Shown here one piece after another: positions 25,239 to 35,712 of a stretch of DNA of 64,000 bases. The notes below the pieces were generated by a model. It did not search any database, was not told where the DNA came from, and saw only the letters and a program-made list of their open reading frames with translations. Source of the stretch: Candidatus Gastranaerophilales bacterium (lineage in GTDB: Bacteria; Cyanobacteriota; Vampirovibrionia; Gastranaerophilales; CAJFVJ01); the NCBI GenBank assembly GCA_944323485.1, contig CALUSR010000003.1, forward strand, positions 201,466 through 265,465, read 5' to 3'. The position numbers and the translations under genes are program-made. Within the stretch, counting starts at the first letter, position 1, and each line of letters opens with the position of its first letter.

Positions 25239-26399
25239 TCATCCGGTTATTATGAAATCTTTCATATTTTTCTTCAAAATATTTGACATCTCTGAATAAT
25301 CATCAGTTTTTGCAAATACAATCGCAAAAATAGGATGCCTGCGATAATCAATTTTTCGAACCTCAAGAGGATGGGAGATATTTTTCAAAAATGCATTATA
25401 ATCAATATCTTTTATCTCAGATTTATCAAGAGATACTGGAACTTCTGCAATCGTAAAATAATAAAATTCTCCTCCCCTGTCTTTCAAAATCTTCTCCCAA
25501 TCAGGTGACTTTTGCTCAAAATAATATTCATAAACATCTATCCCGTAGGCAAAATAAGCAAGATCTGTCACACACCACCCGGCAAATCTCATCGGATTAA
25601 TCTCTATAGGCATAACCTTTCCCGCATCAACTCTAACTTCCATATGCAGCGGAAAATTCCTGAGTTCAGCCAAATCACCTATTTTCAAGAGCAAATGCTC
25701 AAATCTTTCATGGTTGCTTTTGATTATCTCTCCCGATGTAAAATACACCCTGTCACTGACATCAGTTTCTCCTGAAAACGGATGTTTAAAAATATTCAAA
25801 ATAACAGGTTTTCCATCCTTATCAAAATATGCATCTATCGCAAACTCTTCTCCGTTGATTAATTCTTCAACTATAAAACTAGAAGCATCAACCACCTCAG
25901 GGGGAAACTGCCCTCTGAATTTTTCAATGTCATCCCGAAGATTTTTTATAACTTCAATCCACTCTTTCGCATTTCTGATTATATAAACACCCATACTCAA
26001 AAAACCGACACAGGGTTTCAAAACAACAGGAAACCGAATTTTTTCAGTATCCAATGTGCTAAGATTTTCAAAACCTGACTCGAAAAAATAAAAATCAGGA
26101 TAAATACTCTTCAACAATCTTCTGAATTCAGCCTTGTTTTTAAATAACTCTATTTTTTGAGGCAAGCTGCTAAATTTCAAACAAGTTGATATCCAGTTTA
26201 TTGCATTCTCGGAATTTGAATACAACTGCGGATTTTTCTCCATTTTCAGCAAATCAACAGCAGCTTCATCACTCAAAACATTCATCATCTCAAACTTTGA
26301 CAAACTGCGCACCATCTCGTTATTCAATACGGGATAAGATTTTTTTACGACAACATCTTCTAACAATGGTGAAACATAAGGATTATCAAGTATAATCAT
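25239..26399 (-). CDS. ATP-grasp domain protein
   Basis: ATP-grasp-like core (PVVLKPCVGFLSMGVYII..., FIVEELINGEEFAIDAYF..., MEVRV..PIEINPMRFAG). The start at MIILDNPYVS (26399) avoids overlap with the upstream gene. Confidence 0.7.
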   Translation of the reverse strand: MIILDNPYVSPLLEDVVVKKSYPVLNNEMVRSLSKFEMMNVLSDEAAVDLLKMEKNPQLYSNSENAINWISTCLKFSSLPQKIELFKNKAEFRRLLKSIYPDFYFFESGFENLSTLDTEKIRFPVVLKPCVGFLSMGVYIIRNAKEWIEVIKNLRDDIEKFRGQFPPEVVDASSFIVEELINGEEFAIDAYFDKDGKPVILNIFKHPFSGETDVSDRVYFTSGEIIKSNHERFEHLLLKIGDLAELRNFPLHMEVRVDAGKVMPIEINPMRFAGWCVTDLAYFAYGIDVYEYYFEQKSPDWEKILKDRGGEFYYFTIAEVPVSLDKSEIKDIDYNAFLKNISHPLEVRKIDYRRHPIFAIVFAKTDDYSEMSNILKKNMKDFIITG

Positions 26400-26412
26400 A
26401 ACCACATCCCCC

Positions 26413-27192
26413 CTACAAACTCTCAACAGGAAATTCTTTCCTGATTTTTTCGACCTCATCCAAATCTATTTGAGCAAAAATAACACCCTCTTCTTTATCC
26501 AAAGTATCAAGCACAACACCGTAAGGATTTACTATAGCTGAATTGCCAGATGCAGGAACGGGATAATACGGAATCTCACCACATAAATCAGCTGACACAA
26601 AAAACAACGCATTTTCTGACGCCCGAACTATATTCAAAGCTTTCCACTCCTCTACAATCGGAGAACCCCAAGCAGCAGGACTGACTATAATCTGAGCCCC
26701 TTTTTTCATAAGCTCACGTGAATGAAGAGGAAATTTTATATCAAAACAAACAGACATCCCTATTTTACCGATATCAGTATTGACAACTACAACCTCTTCC
26801 CCGGGGGTAATACACTCTCCCTCTCTGCCCCCCATATAGTTGAAAAGATGAATTTTTCGATATTTTCCTTCGACTCTCCCCTGTCTGTCAATCATATAAC
26901 TCGTATTATAGAGTTTATCTCCATCTCTTTCTATGATTGTTCCGCACACAATATGGGTGTTGTATCTGGCTGCCAGATTTGAGAAAAATTTTAGTGTTTC
27001 ACTGTGCTGTTCTTCTTCTGCCTGTTGTTCAAAAACATCATGCCCGACTCCTGTCGTAAAAAACTCTGGAAAAACAATCAAATCAGGATTTATATGAGCT
27101 TGTTCAACTAAATTCTTTGCCTTTTGCAAATTATGCGTTTTATCCCCGTAAACAGGATGCATCTGCACACTCAGTATATTTATTTTTGCCAT
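26413..27192 (-). CDS. carbon-nitrogen hydrolase (nitrilase superfamily)
   Basis: Glu-Lys-Cys triad context (VFPEFF..., YRKIHLF, GMSVCFDIKFP). Confidence 0.8.
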   Translation of the reverse strand: MAKINILSVQMHPVYGDKTHNLQKAKNLVEQAHINPDLIVFPEFFTTGVGHDVFEQQAEEEQHSETLKFFSNLAARYNTHIVCGTIIERDGDKLYNTSYMIDRQGRVEGKYRKIHLFNYMGGREGECITPGEEVVVVNTDIGKIGMSVCFDIKFPLHSRELMKKGAQIIVSPAAWGSPIVEEWKALNIVRASENALFFVSADLCGEIPYYPVPASGNSAIVNPYGVVLDTLDKEEGVIFAQIDLDEVEKIRKEFPVESL

Positions 27193-27298
27193 AAAAAATC
27201 CTCTCTTTTTGTTTTCTATTCTTAATTAAATGTTACAAGCTGTCAAATTTTTATGTTGAGAGGCTTTTAAGCATAAACAAAAGAGATCATAAGGGGGA

Positions 27299-29971
27299 AT
27301 GATGTTAGTAAGCCTTAACAGCATAAATCTACAGCAGATATATAACAATAAATACCAACATAAATATACAAAGAAAACTATTTCTCAAAATAACACAAAT
27401 GCTTCTTTACAAACCTATTTGCAAAATCTCTCATCTTTTAACAAACTTGGTATAACCTTTGGCTCTCAAGCAGAAACAGAACGTGTTATCAAGCGATACA
27501 AAGAACTTAAACCCCATATAACTCCTGATAAATATCAAATTCTTGCGGCAGAAGCAATTGAAAGAGGGGATTCTCTCGTTCTTACCGCTCCTACAGGCAC
27601 AGGGAAAACCCTCGTCGGGGAATATGCCATACATAAAAATATGGAAAATGGAGACAGAACTTATTATACAACTCCTTTAAAAGCCCTCACAAACCAGAAA
27701 CTAGACGACTTCACTCAAGAATTTGCAGACGTAGGCATCATGACAGGAGACATAAAACACAATATAACAATGCCTACAATAGTTATGACCACTGAAATTT
27801 ATCAGAATATGCTGAGCAGCTCGCAGCAGGATAATGAAACCATGCCTGATAAGCCTCATAGCGTTGTTGTTGATGAGTTTCACTACATGAACGACACAGA
27901 CAGAGGCGCAGCCTGGGAAGAAGCAATTATGCTGAGCCCGTCTGATACCCAGCTGATAGCGCTTTCTGCAACAGTTGCAAACAGCGATAAAATAACACAG
28001 TGGATGCAGCATATTAATCCTACAAAACATGTCACAAGTATAGATGTTCCTCCTGAAGAAAGACATGTTCCTCTGAAGTTCTACAGCTTCGACGCCTCAG
28101 GTATGAGCCCTATGTTCTCAAAAAAAATTGACCTGAAAGAACTTTCAAAAACCCTGCATCTTGAAAATATACCCGATAGAACAAACCAAATTCTCGAAGA
28201 ACTCGCACAATATCTCCATCCGGACAAAAAAAGCACACCGCAGGAGGGATTAAGCGCACTGCTCGAATTATATCACTATGATACAAACGCCAAAATAGAC
28301 ACTGACGATTTAATTTCAAAACTCGAAACACAATATATACCAAAAGAAGATGCCGAAAAAATAGCTCTGACACTTGCTAATATAACAACCCCTCTTGAAA
28401 AATCAATTTCTCCGTATCCGAAGAAAAAAGGTGACACATCAAAAATAAACTCTGAAGCGGTAAACTCTCTGCTTGATCACCTGCATGGCATCAAAAAATC
28501 CGACTCCTCAAAAATGCCCGCAATAGTCTTTGTCTTCAGCAAAAAAGACTGCGAACGGCTTGCTGAGGAATACTCAGACCACATAGATGCAACCCGCTCA
28601 AAACTGGATTCCAAAAAGGTAAAGAAGAAACATCAGCAGCAATTTGCTCAAACAAGCAGACGTGAAAAAAGAGAGCGCATGGAGCTAATAAAACAAAAAA
28701 TAAAAGAATACGAGGACAACGGCATCGTCCTCGGAACAGAATTCAACAACAAAGCAAGAAAATGTCTCTACAACGGAGTTGCAATCCATAATGCGGGCAT
28801 GCTTCCGGGGTATAAAAGACTTATAGAAGAACTCTTTAGAGACAGATTAATAGACGTCGTCTTCTCAACGGAAACTCTCTCTGCAGGAATAAATATGCCC
28901 GCAAAAACAACCGTTTTGACAAGCTTGTACAAACCGGTATCAATACCGACAGAAGGCACGGATGGAATAAAAAGGCGCCCTCTCACGGCAAATGAATACC
29001 AGCAAATGACAGGAAGAGCGGGCAGAAGAGGTATTGATAAAGTCGGGAATGTTATAATTTTATCGGAAACAGAAAAAGATTATAAACTGGCCCAACAGCT
29101 GGCAGTTGCTGAACCTGACAAAATCACAAGCAAACTTGATATGTCTTACCGCCTGTTAATTAACTTATTAAAGAAAAACAACGGACACTACAGCTCGGAA
29201 ATGGCGGATGAATTTCTCGACAGATCATTCCTTGTCTTCAACTCCGATAACCCTCAAGAAACAAAAAATAAAAGCTTGAAGAAACTCAACGGACTTAAAA
29301 ATATTATGGAAGAACTCGGCTTCATTGAAAAACGCAGCGACGGAACTTACAACATCCCTCTCAAAGGAAGCCTTGTATCTGACGTAAGAGGAACAAACGA
29401 ACTCCTTCTTTCAGAACTTATAGCAGGCGGTATGTTCTTTGGAATGGCTCCAGAAGATATGGCAGGAATTGTAGGTTCTCTGTGTGCACCTCAAATATAC
29501 CAGGACCCTCATAAATCAAATCAATCAGGACGAAAAAAACAACAGAATGAAGAAAACCTGGACTTAATCAAATCTTTCGATATCTTGAAAAAAGAGGGGC
29601 AGAAAATCAATAACCTGCAGCTAAAATACCTCGGTTTAGATTCACTCTCGGATGAAATACACATAGACTCAAATTATGCAAAATACATAATGCAATGGGC
29701 TCAACCATCGGAAAATAATTCGGAACTGTGGAAAAATACAATTACTGAAATGGAAGATAAAGGTCTGATAAAATTCGAAGGTGACTTTTTCAAATCAATA
29801 AAAAGTACTATCAATCTGCTAAGACAGGTTGAAAAACTATCACAAGACGCCTCAAAACAAACTGAAGGATTAGAAAGCCAATACTACAACGACGTAGCAT
29901 CAACAGCAGAGCAAGCTATTGAACTTCTGAACAAATCACCTGTCAAAGATGACCTAATCTCCGAGCAATAA
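27299..29971 (+). CDS. Ski2-like DExH-box helicase (superfamily II)
   Basis: Motifs APTGTGKT, DEFH, SAT and QMTGRAGRRG. Long C-terminal region. The exact start is uncertain. Confidence 0.8.
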   Translation: MMLVSLNSINLQQIYNNKYQHKYTKKTISQNNTNASLQTYLQNLSSFNKLGITFGSQAETERVIKRYKELKPHITPDKYQILAAEAIERGDSLVLTAPTGTGKTLVGEYAIHKNMENGDRTYYTTPLKALTNQKLDDFTQEFADVGIMTGDIKHNITMPTIVMTTEIYQNMLSSSQQDNETMPDKPHSVVVDEFHYMNDTDRGAAWEEAIMLSPSDTQLIALSATVANSDKITQWMQHINPTKHVTSIDVPPEERHVPLKFYSFDASGMSPMFSKKIDLKELSKTLHLENIPDRTNQILEELAQYLHPDKKSTPQEGLSALLELYHYDTNAKIDTDDLISKLETQYIPKEDAEKIALTLANITTPLEKSISPYPKKKGDTSKINSEAVNSLLDHLHGIKKSDSSKMPAIVFVFSKKDCERLAEEYSDHIDATRSKLDSKKVKKKHQQQFAQTSRREKRERMELIKQKIKEYEDNGIVLGTEFNNKARKCLYNGVAIHNAGMLPGYKRLIEELFRDRLIDVVFSTETLSAGINMPAKTTVLTSLYKPVSIPTEGTDGIKRRPLTANEYQQMTGRAGRRGIDKVGNVIILSETEKDYKLAQQLAVAEPDKITSKLDMSYRLLINLLKKNNGHYSSEMADEFLDRSFLVFNSDNPQETKNKSLKKLNGLKNIMEELGFIEKRSDGTYNIPLKGSLVSDVRGTNELLLSELIAGGMFFGMAPEDMAGIVGSLCAPQIYQDPHKSNQSGRKKQQNEENLDLIKSFDILKKEGQKINNLQLKYLGLDSLSDEIHIDSNYAKYIMQWAQPSENNSELWKNTITEMEDKGLIKFEGDFFKSIKSTINLLRQVEKLSQDASKQTEGLESQYYNDVASTAEQAIELLNKSPVKDDLISEQ

Positions 29972-30035
29972 CTCCTGTCAATCTATACCGTTTTATGGTA
30001 TTATATGTATGGTTTAGAATTATGGGATTGGCGTT

Positions 30036-31628
30036 ATGTCCGTAATAATCCTGTTTTGCGCAATTGTAATACTATCATGTATTGTCACAAACAAATTTTC
30101 AAACAAATTGGGCATACCTTCGCTTGTGTTCTTTATGTTTTTGGGAGTTTTATTCGGCTCTGACGGCATTCTCAAATTATCTTTCGATGATTATGACCTT
30201 ACTTCAAAACTCTGCTCAATAGGTCTGCTGTTCATAATCTTCTACGGAGGATTCTGCACAAAAAAACCTGATGACAGCAAAGTCACCATACAGGCAGCAC
30301 TGTTATCTTCTCTAGGAACAGTGCTTACAGCAGCATTCACCGCAATTTTCTGTTATTACGGACTTAAAATGCCGCTTGCAGAAAGTTTTCTAATCGGCGC
30401 CATCATCAGCTCAACAGACGCAGCATCGGTATTTTCCATCTTACGTTCAAAAAGGCTCAATCTAAAACACAATACAGCCCCCCTTCTTGAAATGGAAAGC
30501 GGAAGCAATGACCCGTTTGCATACCTGCTCACTATGCTCGGGATTGTCCTTATGAAAGGGGGAAGCCTGCATAGCCTTACTCCAATGTTGTTTAAGCAAA
30601 TATTCTTCGGTGTACTTTTCGGAGTTCTGATTGCCTATGCAACTATATATATATTCAAAAAAACAAAACTGCTGTCTGAAGGAACAGACACAATATTTAT
30701 GGTCGCAGTTGCGCTCGTATCATTTTCAATTCCTGACCTGCTAGGAGGCAACGGTTATCTGAGCGTATATCTGACAGGAATTATTCTCGGAAACAGCCCG
30801 ATAAAAAACAAAATAAATTTAATATACTTCTTCGACGGAATCACGGCACTGTCACAGGTCATTATATTCTTCCTTATAGGATTTCTCTCATTCCCGCATA
30901 AAATCCCTGAAATTCTTGTGCCTGCAGTATTAATTACGGTTTTCCTGTCATTTGTTGCAAGACCTCTTGCGGTTTCAGCTATCATGCTTCCTTTCAAAGC
31001 AAAATGGAACCAGATATCTTTCATCTCATGGGCAGGGCTCCGTGGTGCAGCTTCAATCGTTTTTGCCATTATGGTTGTAGCTGAAAGCAGTGCAATGAAA
31101 CATGATATATTTCATATTGTATTTGTCGTTGCCCTCCTCTCTGTAACAATACAGGGCTCTATGCTGCCGGTTATTGCAAAACGTGACGATATGATAGATA
31201 AATTTTCTGATGTCAGAAAAACTTTCAACGACTACCAACAGGAGTCTGCTATCGCACTTAACAAACTTACAATAAAAGATTCTCACCCCTGGAAAGGCTG
31301 TGCTCTCAAGGACATAAAAGTCAGCAATAATGCATTGATTTTGGTTATCAACCGTAACAACGAAAAAATTGTCCCTAAAGGCAGCACCATACTGCAGGAA
31401 GGAGATGAAGTGCTAATCGGCACAACAGTTGTTCAATCAAGCGACGACATAAAACTCTGCGAAACAGTTATCGACAAAGGACATGAATGGCTTAATAAAA
31501 AAATTAACGAAATAGATTTCCCAAATAACTTCCTTATAGCACTCATAAAACGCGGCGTTGAATCTTTTGTTCCGCATGGAAACACTGAAATCAAACTCGG
31601 CGATACAATTGTTTTCTATGAAACATGA
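30036..31628 (+). CDS. K+/H+ (cation/proton) antiporter, CPA1/NhaP2-like, with C-terminal RCK_C/TrkA_C domains
   Basis: About 12 TM helices, then two TrkA_C-like repeats (..LQEGDEVLIGT.., ..IKLGDTIVFYE). Confidence 0.8.
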   Translation: MSVIILFCAIVILSCIVTNKFSNKLGIPSLVFFMFLGVLFGSDGILKLSFDDYDLTSKLCSIGLLFIIFYGGFCTKKPDDSKVTIQAALLSSLGTVLTAAFTAIFCYYGLKMPLAESFLIGAIISSTDAASVFSILRSKRLNLKHNTAPLLEMESGSNDPFAYLLTMLGIVLMKGGSLHSLTPMLFKQIFFGVLFGVLIAYATIYIFKKTKLLSEGTDTIFMVAVALVSFSIPDLLGGNGYLSVYLTGIILGNSPIKNKINLIYFFDGITALSQVIIFFLIGFLSFPHKIPEILVPAVLITVFLSFVARPLAVSAIMLPFKAKWNQISFISWAGLRGAASIVFAIMVVAESSAMKHDIFHIVFVVALLSVTIQGSMLPVIAKRDDMIDKFSDVRKTFNDYQQESAIALNKLTIKDSHPWKGCALKDIKVSNNALILVINRNNEKIVPKGSTILQEGDEVLIGTTVVQSSDDIKLCETVIDKGHEWLNKKINEIDFPNNFLIALIKRGVESFVPHGNTEIKLGDTIVFYET

Positions 31629-31715
31629 TACATATTTAATGAGTGTTTCTGGCACAATTGCTGATTTTGTAGTACAATTTAGAAAAGTTTCGGATATAAA
31701 CAATAAATTAGTATT

Positions 31716-32450
31716 ATGCCTAAATATAGAATTATCTATTTCAATGAACTGGAGTCAACAAACAAATACGCTTTAGAGAATATTCTGCAGCTGGATGACA
31801 AAACAATAATCCGTGCCAAAACACAAACAAATGGATACGGGCGTTTCAAAAGAAAATGGATATCTGATGACTATGACAATCTCTATTTCTCAATAGTTCT
31901 CAAACCATCTGAAAATATTGACAATACGCTTCCTCTTCCAAATCTTACCCAGTACATGTCCGTAATAATTGCCGAATTGATTGAACAATACGGCCTTATT
32001 CCTGAAATAAAATGGCCTAACGATGTAAAAATTAATCACAAAAAAGTTTCAGGCATACTGAGTGAAACATCAATCAGAGGAAACAAACTCAACGGAATTA
32101 TAATAGGCGTCGGCATAAACCTGAATACAAAAAAAGAAGTTCTCGACCAAATCGACCAGCCGGCAACCTCTCTCAGAATCGAATTGAAACAAGAAACAGA
32201 CCCTGACATTTTCTTGAGAAGCCTTCTAAACGCTTTTTTTGATGAATATGATACTTTTATGAACAAAGGATTCAATCTGATAAAAGAAAGATACATCTCA
32301 AAATGTACTTTTCTCGGGAAAGAAATTCTTATAAAAAACTTTGACAAAGAACAACGGGCAACAGCCGCACGAATTAATAACGACGGCTCTCTGCTCATTG
32401 ACGATAAAGGTCACAAATCTGTAGTAGTAGTTGGAGATATATTATGTTAG
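31716..32450 (+). CDS. birA: biotin--[acetyl-CoA-carboxylase] ligase (no N-terminal HTH)
   Basis: GYGRFKRKW (GRGRxGRxW-type) motif, KWPNDV, and 244 aa length. Confidence 0.85.
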   Translation: MPKYRIIYFNELESTNKYALENILQLDDKTIIRAKTQTNGYGRFKRKWISDDYDNLYFSIVLKPSENIDNTLPLPNLTQYMSVIIAELIEQYGLIPEIKWPNDVKINHKKVSGILSETSIRGNKLNGIIIGVGINLNTKKEVLDQIDQPATSLRIELKQETDPDIFLRSLLNAFFDEYDTFMNKGFNLIKERYISKCTFLGKEILIKNFDKEQRATAARINNDGSLLIDDKGHKSVVVVGDILC

Positions 32451-32665
32451 AAAACGGATTAATTGTCACCGTAGTGGGAATGGGAGTTGTGTTCATCTTC
32501 CTTACCATTCAGGTGTTTGCTATGCACCTGTGCGCAAAAATAATCAGCGTAGTTAACAAGTTCTTTCCTGAAAAAACAGAAGAAGACACAACAAAGAAAA
32601 AAACTTCCTCTTCTTCTGATGAAGAAATAGCTATCGCTATAGCGGCAACAAAAGCATTAAGTTAA
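32444..32665 (+). CDS. oadG: oxaloacetate decarboxylase gamma subunit
   Basis: 73 aa with a single N-terminal TM helix, a Ser/Glu-rich linker and an ..IAIAIAA.. tail. It lies immediately upstream of oadA. Confidence 0.6.
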   Translation: MLENGLIVTVVGMGVVFIFLTIQVFAMHLCAKIISVVNKFFPEKTEEDTTKKKTSSSSDEEIAIAIAATKALS

Positions 32666-32687
32666 AAGACTAAAAAAGGATATCAAC

Positions 32688-34475
32688 ATGACAACAAAAC
32701 AAATTAAAGTAATGGACACCTCTTTCAGAGACGGATTCCAATCAGTATACGGGGCAAGAGTTTTTACAAAAGACTTTCTTCCCGCTCTTGAATCTGCAGT
32801 CAATGCAGGTCTTAAACACTTTGAAGTCGGAGGCGGGGCCAGATTTCAATCACCGATATTCTACTGCAACGAAAATGCCTTTGATATGATGGATACCATC
32901 AGAAAAACCGTCGGCCCGGATATAAATCTGCAAACTCTGGCAAGAGGCGTTAATGTCGTCGGGCTTGACTCACAACCTAGAGATATAATCAATCTCCACG
33001 CAAAATTGTTCAAAAAACACGGTATGACAACTATAAGAAACTTTGATGCCCTAAATGATGTCCACAACCTCATCTATTCAGGTCAATGCATCGTTGACAA
33101 CGGACTGAACCACGAAGTTACCATAACTATGATGGAACTTCCCATCGGCTGTACAGGAGCACATGACGTGGACTTCTATGAAAGAGTCCTGAGAAACATC
33201 CTCGATGCAGGAATACCTTTCACATCTATAGCATTTAAAGATGCATCAGGAACATCAGCTCCAAGAAAAGTTTATGAAACAATTAAAAGAACAAGAGAAA
33301 TTCTTGGCGCAGACACTCACATCAGATTTCACTCTCATGAAACAGCAGGCACCGGACTTGCAGCTTACCTTGCAGCACTCGACGGCGGTGCTGACGGAAT
33401 AGACTTATCTATGAAACCGGTGTCAGGAGGTACTGCACAGCCTGATATAGTATCAATGTGGCATGCACTCAAAGGAACAGAATATGACCTTGGCATAAAC
33501 ATTGAAAAAATTCTTGAAACTGAAGAAATATTCAAAGAATGTATGAAGGACTACTTCCTCCCTCCTGAAGCTCTCGCAGTCAACCCGGTTATAATCTCAT
33601 CACCTCTCCCCGGTGGTGCACTGACTGCAAACACCCAGATGATGAGAGATAACGGAACCATGGACAAATTCCCTGAAGTTGTAACAGCAATGAAAGAAGT
33701 TGTCGAAAAAGGAGGATTTGCAACCTCTGTTACTCCCGTTTCACAATTCTACTTCCAACAAGCTTACTCAAACGTAATGTTCGGTCCCTGGAAGAAAATA
33801 ACCGAAGGCTACGGAAAAATGGTTCTCGGATATTTCGGAAAAACACCTTGCGAACCTGATAAAGACATTATCAAACTTGCCTCGGAACAACTCGGACTCG
33901 AGCAAACAACCGAAACCGTTGTCGATCTGAACGATAAAGACCCTAATAAAGGAATTGAAGCTGCAAAGAAAATGCTCGCTGATGCTAATCTCGAACAAAC
34001 CGAAGAAAATATATTCATAGCAGCAACCTGCAAAGAAAAAGGTATCGCCTTCCTCCAAGGTCATGGAACAATCGGCGTAAGGAAAAACTCACCTGCCTCA
34101 ACAACATCAGCAGGCAAGTCTGATGCATATACGGTTAAAGTCAACGGCAAAAACTATGCGGTAAAATTTGAAGGAAATAAAGCCGTCGTAAACGGTAAAA
34201 CTTATGATGTTTCACTAAAAGAAGGCATCGACTCATCATCACCTTCTCACCATACAGAAGGAGAAACAGAAGTAAAATCACCTCTCCCGGGTGCAATTAT
34301 GAGAATAATCGTATCCGAAGGCGACCATGTTGACGAAGGTGACACACTCTTAGTTATAGAAGCAATGAAAATGGAAACAGACATCAAAGCTCCAAAATCA
34401 GGTGTTGTTTCATCAATTTCGGTCTCTTCTGGAGATCAGGTTGTCACAGGACAAACGCTCGTTAGCATAAACTAA
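32688..34475 (+). CDS. oadA: oxaloacetate decarboxylase alpha subunit (carboxyltransferase plus biotinyl domain)
   Basis: DTSFRDGFQS carboxyltransferase N-terminus and a C-terminal biotin attachment motif EAMKMET. Confidence 0.9.
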   Translation: MTTKQIKVMDTSFRDGFQSVYGARVFTKDFLPALESAVNAGLKHFEVGGGARFQSPIFYCNENAFDMMDTIRKTVGPDINLQTLARGVNVVGLDSQPRDIINLHAKLFKKHGMTTIRNFDALNDVHNLIYSGQCIVDNGLNHEVTITMMELPIGCTGAHDVDFYERVLRNILDAGIPFTSIAFKDASGTSAPRKVYETIKRTREILGADTHIRFHSHETAGTGLAAYLAALDGGADGIDLSMKPVSGGTAQPDIVSMWHALKGTEYDLGINIEKILETEEIFKECMKDYFLPPEALAVNPVIISSPLPGGALTANTQMMRDNGTMDKFPEVVTAMKEVVEKGGFATSVTPVSQFYFQQAYSNVMFGPWKKITEGYGKMVLGYFGKTPCEPDKDIIKLASEQLGLEQTTETVVDLNDKDPNKGIEAAKKMLADANLEQTEENIFIAATCKEKGIAFLQGHGTIGVRKNSPASTTSAGKSDAYTVKVNGKNYAVKFEGNKAVVNGKTYDVSLKEGIDSSSPSHHTEGETEVKSPLPGAIMRIIVSEGDHVDEGDTLLVIEAMKMETDIKAPKSGVVSSISVSSGDQVVTGQTLVSIN

Positions 34476-34493
34476 GAAAAGGAGATAGAGAAA

Positions 34494-35681
34494 GTGGATA
34501 TAATAAAGAGTTTAACAGACCTGAACAATGTAACAGGCTACGCAAATATGATAAAATCTCCTGAAGCCGGTCTAAGCGGAATAGAACAATTCCTGCATAT
34601 GTACGGAACAATTATTATGTTTGGAGTGTGTCTTGTACTGCTGTATCTGGCAATCAAAAAAGAATTTGAACCGCTTCTTCTGCTGCCTATCGGCTTTGGA
34701 GGCATTCTTGCAAATATACCGGTTGCTGGGATTGCCGAAGGAAACGGATTTCTTCACCTGATATATCTCTATGGTATTGAATCAGGTTTATTCCCGTTAT
34801 TTATATTTATGGGAGTAGGGGCTATGACAGACTTTGGACCGCTGATTGCAAACCCAAAAACAGCCCTTCTGGGTGGTGCAGCCCAATTCGGAATATTCGG
34901 GGCATTGATGGGAGCTCTTCTTCTGGGACAATATTGCGGTTTTGACTTCGGGATGAGAGAAGCGGCATCAATAGGTATTATCGGTGGTGCTGACGGTCCT
35001 ACTTCAATCTTCGTGACAACAAAACTTGCGCCTGATTTATTGGGAGCTATAGCTGTTGCGGCCTATTCTTATATGGCACTTGTACCGATTATTCAACCTC
35101 CGATTATGTATGCGCTGACTACACCGGAGGAAAGAAAAATTGAGATGAAACAGCTGAGACCCGTGACAAAACGAGAAAAAATTATATTTCCTCTCGTTGT
35201 CCTTGGTCTTTGTATAATATTCCTGCCTGATGCTACACCTCTTATCGGTGCTCTGACTTTCGGTAATCTGGTTAAAGAATGCGGCGTTACCGAAAGATTA
35301 TCAAAAACTCTTCAAAATGAATTTATCAACATCGTAACTATCCTGCTTGGTTTAACCGTAGGCTCGAAGCTGTCTGCCGATAAGTTCCTATCACTTGAAA
35401 CTCTTGGAATTTTATTCCTCGGATTGTTCGCATTCTGTGTTGCAACGGCTTCAGGTGTTTTATTCGGACGAGTTATGAACTTGTTCTCAAAAGACAAAAT
35501 TAATCCGCTCATCGGCGCAGCAGGTGTTTCAGCAGTTCCAATGGCTGCACGTGTTGTAAACAAAGTAGGATTAGAGAACAACCCTCAAAACTTCCTGCTT
35601 ATGCATGCAATGGGACCAAACGTTGCAGGCGTAATCGGGTCGGCTGTCGCAGCAGGTGTTCTGCTGTCATTATGTAAATAA
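34494..35681 (+). CDS. oadB: Na+-transporting decarboxylase beta subunit
   Basis: Polytopic membrane protein typical of OadB/GcdB/MmdB (..GGADGPT.., ..[13 protein letters not shown]..). GTG start. Confidence 0.9.
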   Translation: MDIIKSLTDLNNVTGYANMIKSPEAGLSGIEQFLHMYGTIIMFGVCLVLLYLAIKKEFEPLLLLPIGFGGILANIPVAGIAEGNGFLHLIYLYGIESGLFPLFIFMGVGAMTDFGPLIANPKTALLGGAAQFGIFGALMGALLLGQYCGFDFGMREAASIGIIGGADGPTSIFVTTKLAPDLLGAIAVAAYSYMALVPIIQPPIMYALTTPEERKIEMKQLRPVTKREKIIFPLVVLGLCIIFLPDATPLIGALTFGNLVKECGVTERLSKTLQNEFINIVTILLGLTVGSKLSADKFLSLETLGILFLGLFAFCVATASGVLFGRVMNLFSKDKINPLIGAAGVSAVPMAARVVNKVGLENNPQNFLLMHAMGPNVAGVIGSAVAAGVLLSLCK

Positions 35682-35712
35682 AATCATGATTAAAAAATAA
35701 AGGAGGCAAAAA

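Noticed and set aside
24921-25286. Overlapping ORFs 24921..25118 (-) and 24960..25286 (+) on the Cys-rich gene
   Set aside because: They are alternative frames of the same GC-richer codon-repeat stretch. Only the 24893..25186 frame has an RBS, a signal peptide and a regular CxC pattern.
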